Shown here in pieces: positions 1 through 12,900 of a DNA stretch of 64,000 bases. This DNA comes from the human T2T-CHM13v2.0 reference genome, Homo sapiens. The notes under the pieces were generated by a model that saw only the letters and a list, made by a program, of their open reading frames with translations, was not told the DNA's origin and searched no databases. Position numbers and translations under genes: made by a program. The stretch lies in assembly GCF_009914755.1 (NCBI RefSeq), contig NC_060929.1; one strand, 5' to 3'. Numbering within the stretch: the first letter of the stretch is position 1; the number at the start of each line of letters is the position of its first letter.

Positions 1-44
1 TGGAAGCAGAAACGTCATCCTCTCTCTTCCTTCTTGCCATGCAG

Positions 45-152
45 GTGTGGATGTGTGGGGGCCGCATGGAGGACATCCCCTGCTCCAGGGTGGGCCATAT
101 CTACAGGAAGTATGTGCCCTACAAGGTCCCGGCCGGAGTCAGCCTGGCCCGG
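45..152 (+). CDS. GALNT10: GALNT10 coding exon (5th from last, ~exon 8); catalytic domain Gal/GalNAc-T motif region
   Basis: Polypyrimidine tract and cag at 42-44, donor gtaagg at 153. 108 nt = [36 protein letters not shown], containing the ppGalNAc-T hallmark W.CGG....PCSRVGH.YR. Confidence 0.96.
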
Positions 153-999
153 GTAAGGTGGTGGCTTTCCTTGGCGGGTAGAAGGGGTTGGCCTAGGACC
201 ATCAGCTGCACTGAGGCACCCTGGGGCCCTAGACTGTGTTATGTGATCTCTGGGTTTGAGGATGTGCCTCCCATTCTCCAGGTGAAATCTGATTTAAAAG
301 AACTCCCTTAAATCCCTACTTAACCATTCATTGCTATGTGACCTGGGGAGGGTTGCTTAAGTCCTCTGAACCTGTGTTTCCTCCTTTGTTTAAAGAGAGC
401 TAATTCTTTCCAACTCCCAGCATTGCCAGGAGAATTAAGGAGGTGATACTGTTTCCCAGAGTGTGACAGAGGAGACGATCTTAGGCAGCAAACACAGGAA
501 TGTTTTCTTGTTCATGTGTTTAAGTTAATGTGGATTCTAAATTAATGTGTATTCGTGTAGCTAACCTGTAATTTCACAGATATTATTACTTAGCATACAG
601 CTAAAGTAGGTGCAAAGTTAGACCAGAGGTGATGTAAAAAAACATGTTAGATAAATATTAATACAGGTGGTGTGGTGTGGTGTGTTTGGGAAAGCTTGCG
701 TACTAAATTTCTGGAGGGGAAGTGGGCTTCATAAATGTCAGTGTCTTTCTCTTCTCCTCACCCCCTGTCTACTCTTACTGCCAAAACCTCTGCATGTCAA
801 ACTGTTTCATTGCCTTAAAATGGTTTCTATCAATCATTGCTTCAATTAAATTGGCCACTGGCTGCAAATGGAAATCTGTCAGCCAGAGTTTGTTTTTGGT
901 TTGGATATTAAATGTATTCGGAAAAAAATAAATAAATCCAGGTGACCACAAAAGAAAAATGAAGAGGAGGGAGGGTCCCCAGAGGATAGAAAGAGCCTT

Positions 1000-1530
1000 G
1001 CGGGGAAGCTGGAAAGGACCCCCGCACAGCTTTCCCTCCGGGGAGCCTGTGAGCCCCGCCCCGGCCAGGAGACCCCGGTGCTGGCCGGGTTGGCATTAGA
1101 CCGCACTGCCTCCTGTCCAGGGCGCTGCCTCCTCCTCCACTTGACAACCTTGACGTGTAGAATTGCAGCCCCCGGGACCTAGAAGAGCGTTGTCCTGTGA
1201 CTTACAAGGAAAGCCGAGAGGCTCAAAGAGGCCGCGCGTCTCCCTGAGAGCCATCAGTGGGTGGGAGCTGAGCTCCGGGAAGCGTCAGGGGCCGCGTGGA
1301 GGGAAAGGAGAGCCGGCAGTGCCCTCCAGTGGTAGCAGAGCCTAACGACGCCCTCACCAGCCATCCGCGCTGCCCACAGCCCCATCCGACACGGGCGGGG
1401 GGTAGGTTCTAGGTTCAGTCCCTTGAAGCAGGAATCGCGTTCTTCTGAAAGGCCATTTGGCGATCCCTGAGGAGGGTGCCAGGCAGGAAAAGCGCACGCT
1501 CTCTCGGTACGCCCAAGACTGAGACTCTTC
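1000..1530. promoter_or_regulatory. Intronic CpG-enriched patch with a CTCF-like motif on the - strand (1319-1332)
   Basis: Local CpG enrichment in non-repeat DNA; the reverse complement of 1319-1332 reads CCACTGGAGGGCAC. Confidence 0.45.
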
Positions 1531-1627
1531 CGGCTACAAGGGACCATGGGGACACTCCAACTCCAGACCAGGAGCAACCCTAAAGCATTCTTTTCCTCTG
1601 CAGAGCTGTTGTTGATAAGGCTCACCT

Positions 1628-1792
1628 AAAAATAAAAATAGCCGGGCGCAGTGGTGTGTGCCTGTAGTCCCAACTACTCAGGAAGCTGAGGTGGGAAGAT
1701 CACTTGGGCCAGGGAGGTCGAGGCTGCAGTGAGCTGTGTGTGCCACTGCACTCCAGCCTGGGTGACAAAACGAGACCATGTCTCAAAGAAAG
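1628..1792 (+). mobile_element. Alu right-arm monomer (FRAM/AluJ-like)
   Basis: gcctgtagtcccaactactcagg...cactgcactccagcctgggtgac; flanking duplication aaggctcacct / aaggcccacct. Confidence 0.85.
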
Positions 1793-2410
1793 TTTGTTGT
1801 TGTTGTTGTTGCTGTTGTTTTTTTTTTTTAAAAGGCCCACCTGATAAAGAGACATTACCGCCTCCTGCTTGTTATAGAGCCATTATTATAGATTAATTCA
1901 GTGGATAAGAGCTAACTGTAGTAATACTTATAAAAATTCCCTTCGAGCCAGGCATGCAAAGCATTTTACTTATCTCACTTAATTCTCACTTGTTTTTAAC
2001 CCCATTTTAGGGATGGGGAACATGAAACGTGATGTTGGCGATGGAAACATTAAGTAACTAGTGCCAGAATTCAAACCTGTGTAGGTCTGACAGGTACCTG
2101 GCACATAGCAATTGTTCCTTAAACAGTGACTGCTGTTATTAGTGTTAGCATCAATATTAACAATAAAGACTGGAACATGTATTTAAAAGTCTTATCTAAA
2201 TTCTGTGTTTAGGCATTTTAACGTATTTCTCTTTTACCTATCTGTACTGAAGCATCGTCCTGTGTTTGGCTTTAAGCCACTTAACAATCTGAGTGGTGCC
2301 TCATGGCTTCTTCCCCAGGGACTCTGTGATCCATCAGGTCTGATTATGTGTGGGTTCGCAGAACCACAGAGATGCCTGAATCAGGTGCGGCCTTTTATTA
2401 TGGTGACTAA

Positions 2411-2776
<366 letters not shown>

Positions 2777-3905
2777 CTAAGCCTTCTAGAGCATTGTCCC
2801 CTAGATGATCATTTTGATAGATTTGAGAGTTGTCCTAATAGCTCCGAGAGAGCCAGATAGAGAGAGAAACTGAGATTGTACGGACTCCGGAAGGACAAAC
2901 AGCCAGACAGCCTTGAGGTAGAAGCAGTTCAGGAAGGATGAGCTGTCCACCAGCTTGCCTGCCTCAGGAACAAGTAGCCAGTCTTACATTGTTTACTAAA
3001 CTTGCTGAAATCTTTCTTATCTTTGCCTCTGGAAAAAGGATCTTAGGGAAGGCAATAACAGAAACTACTCAAACTTGGTGAAACAAAAATGGAGACTTAC
3101 TCCAAGGATCCAGGCAAATCTCTGTAATCCAAGCACAAGAAGTACAGTTGGGCCTCAGACGGGACTGGGACTCGGAAGTAGGAAGGTGTTGAGAGTAGAG
3201 GTATGAGGAGCCCGAAGCCCACTGAAATCCCAAGGTCCTTTTTATGTCTCTAACAAGGGGAGATGTGAGAGAAATAAGTGTAAAGTCATTTCCTTTGGTG
3301 CAAACAGTGAACTGTAGCAAAAAAGTTCAAAATCTGGGAGAAAGAGCTTTTCAAGCTGTGTCTGGAAGATACAATTATGCAATATTAATTAAAATGGTAA
3401 TTATAATTAGAATTAAAATATGACGTTATTCAATCCTTTAAGAATGACACTGGTAAATTTCAGTATCATTCTTAACCAGTCTGGCCATGGTCAGAGTGTC
3501 CAGACTTGTTTTCAGTTGGAGTGAAACTACCCTCATTACCTCTGTGACTCGAGCAGGTTAGACAGTGAGCCAAAAGAGCCTGGTGGACATACTGGAAAAA
3601 GCAGAGGAAATATTGTGTTTCAGAGTGTTCATGTAGACAGTCTCTGTTAGGCCTTCAACTTCCTCTAGCACAGTTTTAAATTAAACACAGCCTTTTCTGT
3701 GCAGGGGCCTGGTGGGGATAAACACTGTTCCTGAGCTGTTTTCTAACCCACTGTGGACTCTTCAGCACTCAGGAAGAACTAGGTAGCAACAAGGAAATTC
3801 AGCTGTTTCCTGGTCCCCAACTCAGAGCCAGCAAAATGGGGGAACTGGTGAATTTTGTCTTCAGTGCGGGGGCCTCCCTCATGTTGGCTTCCTTCTCCAT
3901 TACTC

Positions 3906-4182
3906 CAGAGTCAGCAGCCTGTTTTTGTATGGCCTGTGACCTAAGAATGGTTTTTACATTTTTAAATCATTAGAGGGAATGGGAATCAAAAGAAGAATAT
4001 TTTGTGATACATGAAAATCAAATTTCAGTATCCATAAGTTTTACTGGAACCCAGCCACACCATTTATATGGTGTCTATGGCTGCTTTATAGCTACATCAG
4101 AGGTGAGACCATATGGTCTGCAAAGCCTAAGTATTTACTATCCGGCTCTTTATAGAAGACATTTAAACATTTGGGACCCCTG
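3906..4182 (+). mobile_element. MER58B-like hAT-Charlie DNA transposon relic
   Basis: gcctgtttttgtatggcctgtgacctaagaatggtttttacattttta ... gcaaagcctaagtatttactatccggctctttatagaa resembles the MER58B consensus. Confidence 0.75.
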
Positions 4183-4719
4183 CCTGACCTTCTGCTCCTA
4201 GAGCAATCCTTCACACTGAGGTGCAAATGACTGATAACAGCTTAAACTGCTAACTCCCCTTTAACCTTTCAGAGGAAATTTTAGATTGCAATAGGGAAAA
4301 AACTTACGAAGGAGGTAAAACCGAAGAGTTAAAATTGGGGTGGGGGGACAACAGCCAGGGGTTGAAGAAAGATGTTTTGGAGCGGAGAATTTCCCCTGAA
4401 CCCTGAAGTTTTGCTCTCAGATATATCACATATCAGAAGTTCTCACTGGGTGGGGTCTACACTGCAGATGGAATCAGGAATTTTCATCACATACATAAGA
4501 ATTCCCTCTTCCTCTGTCCCCAAGTCTACTCACAAACACTTTCCTCACCTGCTGCCTCTGCTTGCCAATCATGTGGCTGTAATTTTTTAAAACTGATTAT
4601 CTTTGTGCTTCATGATGAAAGTAGCAGCAACCTTTGCACCTCAAAGGATTATTAGAAATTCCAGCTGCTGATGGAATTACACCTTTTGGTTTCAAATTAT
4701 AATTTGCCTTTATCACATA

Positions 4720-5270
4720 GCTTGGTCAAAACTCTCAGTTGAAAATGACAAAAAGCCAAATCAAATTGGCTTAGCGAAGAAAGAATATACAGGCTTCTGT
4801 AACTGGAAAGTCCAAGGTAGCTCTAGCTTCAGACATGGCTGGATTCTGGTGTTAAAAGGCGGAATGCATTCCTGGATCCAGCCCTCCGCTCTGCTTCATT
4901 CTGGGTTGATTTCATCCTTGGACAGGCTCTCCTTGTCTCTCCTTGGAGGCCATATGGCCCAGCAGCTCTGGCTGGCATCCTGTCTTACCCAGCAATCCAA
5001 GCAGAAACAGAACGATTCTTCCAATAGTTCCTGCAAAAATCCCAAGGCTGATGCCTGTTGGTTGTGATTGGTGGGGCTTAGGGAATGGGTCTGCTGTTTG
5101 ACCAGCCCCTGCACCGGGGGCGCCTGTATTCACATTAGCTAGGCTGGGTCCATGCCTTTCCTCCTGCCACATGAGCTGACAGGGAGACAGGGTGGCTCCC
5201 CAGAGGAAAATCAGTGGGGGCTATCGCTAGAAGAAGATGGGATGGAAGATGGGCAGGCAAAACAACAGCA
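4720..5270 (-). mobile_element. Old MaLR LTR (MLT1K/L-like)
   Basis: ttgaaaatgacaaaaagccaaatcaaattggcttag...gtaactggaaagtcc...gcttcagacatggctggat resembles a reversed MLT1K-type end. Confidence 0.55.
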
Positions 5271-5481
5271 GCCTATGGGCCAACTATAAGCTGTGAAGCC
5301 CTTAAAACATGCATAATGATAAATAGAAACACAGAAGGCCTAAACTCACGGTGGGGCTGGGATTTTTGATGGAACATAAAATAAGAAGGGTTGACCTCGA
5401 CCTGCCAGGACCCTTTTCACCCCACTGCCTGGCTTTGGCTTCTTGGAAAGACTGACCCGTCCATTGCTTCTTGCCCCATAG

Positions 5482-5703
5482 AACCTTAAGCGGGTGGCCG
5501 AAGTGTGGATGGATGAGTACGCAGAGTACATTTACCAGCGCCGGCCTGAATACCGCCACCTCTCCGCTGGGGATGTCGCAGTCCAGAAAAAGCTCCGCAG
5601 CTCCCTTAACTGCAAGAGTTTCAAGTGGTTTATGACGAAGATAGCCTGGGACCTGCCCAAATTCTACCCACCCGTGGAGCCCCCGGCTGCAGCTTGGGGG
5701 GAG
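5482..5703 (+). CDS. GALNT10: GALNT10 coding exon (~exon 9); end of catalytic domain and linker
   Basis: catag| acceptor and |gtgagt donor. 222 nt = [24 protein letters not shown]...[33 protein letters not shown], with the family motifs [10 protein letters not shown] and CKSF.W. Confidence 0.97.
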
Positions 5704-5717
5704 GTGAGTCTGGAGGG

Positions 5718-6926
<1,209 letters not shown>

Positions 6927-7059
6927 GCCGAGGCAGACCAGTCTTTGCAAGCAGACGAGCATGCCACCATGGGATCCTGGGTCTCTGAGCTGAGAGGACC
7001 TACCCATTCATTGATGGATAGGTTGGAGCTTGGAAAAGGGGAGCATAAGAGTTGGGGCT

Positions 7060-7520
7060 CTTTCAGAAGACCAATTTAAAGTAAAAAAAAATGGGGGGAA
7101 TATATTGTGTTTGACTCACATATGAGCCTGGGGTAGCTATGGCTTAAGACAACCTGGATCCAGGGCTTCAAATGATGTCAGTCTCTTCTTCTCCTGCTGA
7201 ACTCATGTTCCTTTTGTGTTGGCCTCATGCTGAAGGTATCAAAATGGCTTCCAGAAGCTTCAGGCTGACCAACCCCTACTGCTTGGCCAACCCAGCAGAA
7301 AGTATATGCCTCTTTCCCAGTATACCAGTAAAGGTGCAGGAATCAAGTCTTATTCTTGGATCCTGCACCCATCACTGGGGCCATCGGGGAAGACGAAAAG
7401 CAAGGGTAGGATGGACACTACGGCTGGCCACAGGGCGCGTGAGGAGCAGTAGCCCCATGGAAAGTCAGGGTGGTGTTACCAGAGGAAGGGGAGAGGCATG
7501 GTGGGCTGGCAGGAACACCA
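7060..7520 (-). mobile_element. Old MaLR LTR (MLT1K/L-like)
   Basis: ggcttaagacaacctggatccagggcttcaaatgatgtc, similar to the 4720-5270 element. Confidence 0.5.
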
Positions 7521-7682
7521 GCTGTGATTTGCTCAAATTCACACAGCAGTCACAGAGCCCTTGCCTGGCTCAGCTGCCTGGCTAGCCTACCCCAACATCA
7601 CCTCCAGTTTGCAGGAGCACTGCTGTGTGGACTTCCCTCATGAGGCTCTTTGGCTCTTTACTAGTTTGTTGGCTTCCTCACT

Positions 7683-8097
7683 TGTGTTAGTTCAAGTCCT
7701 CCAAGAAGCAGATGCCACAGTGGGATTAGACACGCAAGAGATTTATGGTTAAAACACTTGAGAGGAAAAATGAAGACACCTGGGGAGACTAGGAGAGCCA
7801 TGAGACCACAACAGTGGTCTTACATCTGTGAAGGGGTGAGGGAAGGAAGGAGAGCCGGGATAGGAAGAGTCCAGACTGCAGTAAAGCTGTAAGGAAGCTT
7901 TGGCCAGGTTGATGAAGAGTCCCCAAGCCAAATCACCAGCCAGAGGAGTTCAACATCTCGCAAGAGTGGGTCTGCCTCACCCATTGGCTGGGATCCATCC
8001 ATGGGTGGACACAGTGGTGGATTCAGAATACAGGATCTGGGTGCAATGAGACTCTCTGCAACAGGAAATTGGGTGGTGCATTTTCATAGCCACCACA
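7683..8097 (-). mobile_element. ERVL LTR relic (LTR16-like)
   Basis: tgtgttagttcaagtcctccaagaagcagatgcc...gcaagagatttat start; ends ...agccaccaca. Confidence 0.5.
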
Positions 8098-8823
8098 GCC
8101 CCCTATCCCTCAGATAAAGTAGGATTGATATCTGTAAGGTTGGAACTACATGATGTGACGCTATGCACCTAGCACAATGGCCTGCCCACAGTAAGTGCCC
8201 AATCGGTATTTGTTGGCTAAGCAAGTGAGCAGCCTAGGGCTTCAGACTCCTAGCCCAGTGCTCTTCCCACCACACCCGTCTTCATGGTTGAAGGGGAAGA
8301 GGCAACTATTGTTCTTTGGATCTCAGCAGGGGGTGAGGGGGCCTCCTGCCACCTCTTGCCATTCACCTGTCCTAAGGGACAGAGACAGTCCATGACATAC
8401 AGCAAAGGTTTCATGTCCTTTTCTAGGCGCTTTCAAGGTATGGTCCCTGGACCACCTGCACCTGAGTCACCTGGAATGGGGGTAAAATCTGGTTCCTGGA
8501 CCTGTCGGTTCAATTTCTCCAGGAGTAGGGCCAGGGAGTCCTTTACCAACTCCTCACCTCCACTCCCCCACCACCAACCCAGGACTCTGCATACTCTACA
8601 ATACTACTTACAGCAGTGCTTTAAGGATTACATTCTGTGGACTGAGTCTTCCTTCATTGAGAGGCTCAAGGTACTTCCAACAGCCCAGGGCAAGCTTTAT
8701 CAAGACGATTTGAAGGTTAATCCAGCTAATGTCTCCCACTTGGTTTCCCCTTTCACCTGGCAGGGACCCGGTGGGCACCTTAAGGCACCTCAGTGGTCCA
8801 CTTCTTCCCTCTTTCCCTTTCAG

Positions 8824-8940
8824 ATCCGAAATGTGGGCACAGGGCTGTGTGCAGACACAAAGCACGGGGCCTTGGGCTCCCCACTAAGGCTAGAGGGCTG
8901 CGTCCGAGGCCGTGGGGAGGCTGCCTGGAACAACATGCAG
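8824..8940 (+). CDS. GALNT10: GALNT10 coding exon (~exon 10); ricin-B lectin alpha repeat
   Basis: Long pyrimidine tract, cag at 8821-8823, gtaagg at 8941. 117 nt = IRNVGTGLCADTKHGALGSPLRLEGCVRGRGEAAWNNMQ. Confidence 0.96.
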
Positions 8941-9129
8941 GTAAGGGCCGCCCCTCAGGGACTGGCAGCCAGGTTCTCTGAAACATCTGCAGCCTGGGGT
9001 GCTGACACGGCCAGCTGGGAGGGAGAGGCATGGGTCAGTGATAAATGACAAGAGTCAGCCCCGGGGATGAGTTTTAAGATCTTCCTGAACACCGTGGAAA
9101 GGGGATTCCTTCACATTGCAATAAAACCA

Positions 9130-9560
9130 TCAGTCTGGACCATTTTGGTTACAAATGATGGACACTCAGCCCAAATGGCCTTCAACAAAAAGTGCGTTAT
9201 TGTCTCATGTCCCTGAAAAGCCTTGATGATGTTGCTGGATCTCTCAAGAGAGTGCTTCCCTCTCTGCGGGCCTCATTCTCAACCTGGCCCTTCCTATATA
9301 GTAGCAGATGTGGCCATCAGCAGCCCCATGGATAGGCATGCCACTTCCAAGAGTTCTGGAAAAGCCCTGGGGCTCCCATGAATTGTGTCCCTGAGCTGAT
9401 TATGCAGGAAGTGAGGAAGTCCTCATATTGATGAGGACAGAGCCGTCACTTTTGAGAGGTGATGGGTGTGTTCATTACCTTGACTCTTGGAGCCTAGGGG
9501 CATGGTCAGCCTCACCTGCAGGATGGGTGGGATGCAGAGGGTAAGCCAGCCTGCAGGAAG
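9130..9560 (-). mobile_element. Old MaLR LTR (MLT1K/L-like)
   Basis: ggaccattttggttacaaatgatggacactcagcccaaatggcc...tattgtctcatgtccctgaaaagcc. Confidence 0.45.
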
Positions 9561-9699
9561 AGCCACTGCTCAGACAATAGTGGGCTCATGCCTGCAATCC
9601 CAACAGTGTGGGAAGCTTAGGGGAGGCTTGCTTGAAGCCAGGTGTTCGAGGTTACAGTGATTGTGCCATGCACTGCAGCCTGGGTGGAGTGACATTGGG

Positions 9700-10705
9700 A
9701 TAAACAATTATATTTTAGATACAACAACAAAAACACAATCCATAAAAGAAAAAATTGAAAAACTGGACTAATTCAAAATGAATAAAAAGCAATCCACAGA
9801 TGGGAAGAAAATGTTTGTAAAGCATATATCTGATAAAGGACTTGTATCTAGAATATATAAATGAAAGGACTTGTATCCTCTCAAACTCTCAAAAGTCAAT
9901 AATTTTTTTAATTTTAAAGCGGGCAGATACTTTACCAAAAAAAATATATGAATGGCAAATAAACATATTTAAAATGCTGAATTTCATTAGTTAATAGAGA
10001 AATAGAACTTGCAATTACAAGGAAATTCCAGCACACACCTATTAAAAAGACTGACCACACTGAAGATTGGCAAAGATGTGGATGAACTGGACCTGTATGC
10101 TGCTGGTGGGAGTGTAAATGGCAGAGCCACTTTGGGAAACTGTGGCAGTTTCTTAGAAAGTTGACCATTGAACCAGTCATCCCACTCCTAGGTATTTATC
10201 CAAGAGAAAGAAAACATGTGTCCATACAAAGACTTGTACACTAATGTTCATAGCAGGTTTATTTGTAATAGCCAAAAACTGGAAACCACCAAGATGTCCT
10301 GTAACAAGGAACTGGAGTGCAAATTCAGCAATAACAAGCGATGAATTATTGATAAATGCTGTTAGGACATAGATGATTCTCAACAAAATTATGTTGAGTG
10401 AAAGAATGACACAAAAGAGAATACATACTGTATGATTCCTTTATAGAAAATTCTAGAAATTGCAAACTAATCTCTAGAAACAGAAAGCAGATCAGTGGCT
10501 GACCTAAGGACATGGGGGTTGGTGGGGACAGGAGGAGGAGATTACAGAGGAGCATGAGGACACTTTTGCGGGGTAATGGTATGTTCATTACCTTGATTAT
10601 GATGATGGTTTCTCGGTGTAAACATATGTCAAGATGTATCAAATTGTACACTTTAAATGTGTGCAGTTTATTGTATGCCAGTTATTATTCAGTAAAGCTA
10701 CTGAA
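9700..10705 (+). mobile_element. Old L1 (L1M) ORF2 3' end and 3'UTR, sense to GALNT10
   Basis: tctgataaaggacttgtatctagaatatataa, cccactcctaggtatttatccaagagaa and the terminal ...gtgtgcagtttattgtatgccagttattattcagtaaagct. Confidence 0.85.
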
Positions 10706-10748
10706 AAGTAACAAAGGTTATCAACCAAATGGATCTTGACTCAGACTA

Positions 10749-11147
<399 letters not shown>

Positions 11148-11280
11148 TTATAATGGCACTTACTGAAGTGTTTATACCTGACATGATATGATAGCTGAGA
11201 TTTGCTTCAAAATACTGTGAGGGTAAGGATAGGGGTGGAAGTAGAGCTGCAACAACGTTGGCCTTGAGTTGGTAACTTAT

Positions 11281-11563
11281 TTTTTTTTTTGAGACAGAGT
11301 CTCACTCTGTCCCCCATGCTGGAGGGCAGTGGTGCAATCTCGGCTCACTGCAACGTCTGCCTCCTGGGCTCAAGTGATTCTCATTGCCTCAGCCTCCCGA
11401 GTAGGTGGAATTACAGGCATACGCCACCACACCCAGCTAATTTTTGTATTTTTAGTAGAGACGGGGTTTCACCACGTTAGCCAGCCTGTTCTCAAGCTCC
11501 TGGCCTCAAAGTGATCCACCCACCTTGGCCTCCCAAACTGCTGGGTGAGCCACCGCACCTGGC
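11281..11563 (-). mobile_element. Alu, antisense, ~150 nt upstream of exon 11
   Basis: T tail, then gagacagagtctcactctgtc...gagccaccgcacctggcc. Confidence 0.93.
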
Positions 11564-11716
11564 CAAGTTAGTAACTTTTAAAGCTAGGTGGTTAGAACAG
11601 GTTAATATATTATTATTTGGACCTCTGAGTTTAAATTTTTCCATAATTTAAAAAAATGGAGAAAAAAAGAAAGTCCTTGGCTTTGCTATCCCTATTTATG
11701 ATGCCCCTGTGCACAG

Positions 11717-11866
11717 GTATTCACCTTCACCTGGAGAGAGGACATCCGGCCTGGAGACCCCCAGCACACCAAGAAGTTCTGCTTTGATGCCATTTCCCAC
11801 ACCAGCCCTGTCACGCTGTACGACTGCCACAGCATGAAGGGCAACCAGCTGTGGAAATACCGCAAA
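11717..11866 (+). CDS. GALNT10: GALNT10 coding exon (~exon 11); ricin-B lectin beta repeat (not in the ORF track)
   Basis: cacag| acceptor and |gtaaga donor. 150 nt = [50 protein letters not shown], with the ricin motifs CFD and CH..KGNQLW. Confidence 0.96.
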
Positions 11867-12078
11867 GTAAGATGGGATGCGGGGGGAGCAGGGCACCTGC
11901 TTAATTTTTTTTTAAGGCAATACAGTGCTTCACCCCTTCTTTCAACAGAGCCCATCCACTTATTCATTTGTGCCACAAACCTACCATGCCGGATTTTGTA
12001 GTCATTCAAGAGTAGTCAGAAATCTAGACTTCACTGTGAAATCCTCAAGTCTTAAATGTTGGCAACTGATTCCATTTA

Positions 12079-12485
<407 letters not shown>

Positions 12486-12741
12486 CTAGGTCCCAGGCCT
12501 GGAAGCTGCGTGCATCACTTCTGGCCACATCCCAGCGGGCAGAACCCAGTCCCACGGCAATACCAGCTGCAAGGGAGGCTGGGCAGCATCCGGCTTGTGA
12601 GCTCAGGAGGAAAACCAACAGGTGTATGAACAGCTAGTCAGTCAGTCACTTCCTCACTTTCTCATTGCTGGTATTGTTGCTGTGGTTTGACTGGCCACAT
12701 GTCTCCAGTGCTGTCTGGCTTATTACCTCCATGTTTTGTAG

Positions 12742-12900
12742 GACAAGACCCTGTACCACCCTGTCAGTGGCAGCTGCATGGACTGCAGTGAAAGTGACCA
12801 TAGGATCTTCATGAACACCTGCAACCCATCCTCTCTCACCCAGCAGTGGCTGTTTGAACACACCAACTCAACAGTCTTGGAAAAATTCAATAGGAACTGA
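12742..12900 (+). CDS. GALNT10: GALNT10 last coding exon; ricin-B gamma repeat and stop codon
   Basis: ttttgtag| acceptor. [55 protein letters not shown] (12898-12900), with a QxW motif. Confidence 0.96.
   Translation, partial: DKTLYHPVSGSCMDCSESDHRIFMNTCNPSSLTQQWLFEHTNSTVLEKFNRN

Noticed and set aside
1793-1842. Apparent inverted (TTG)n/T tail behind a + strand Alu monomer
   Set aside because: Explained by an expanded target-site duplication: gctgttgttgataaggctcacct upstream versus gctgttgtt(t)n-aaaaggcccacct downstream.
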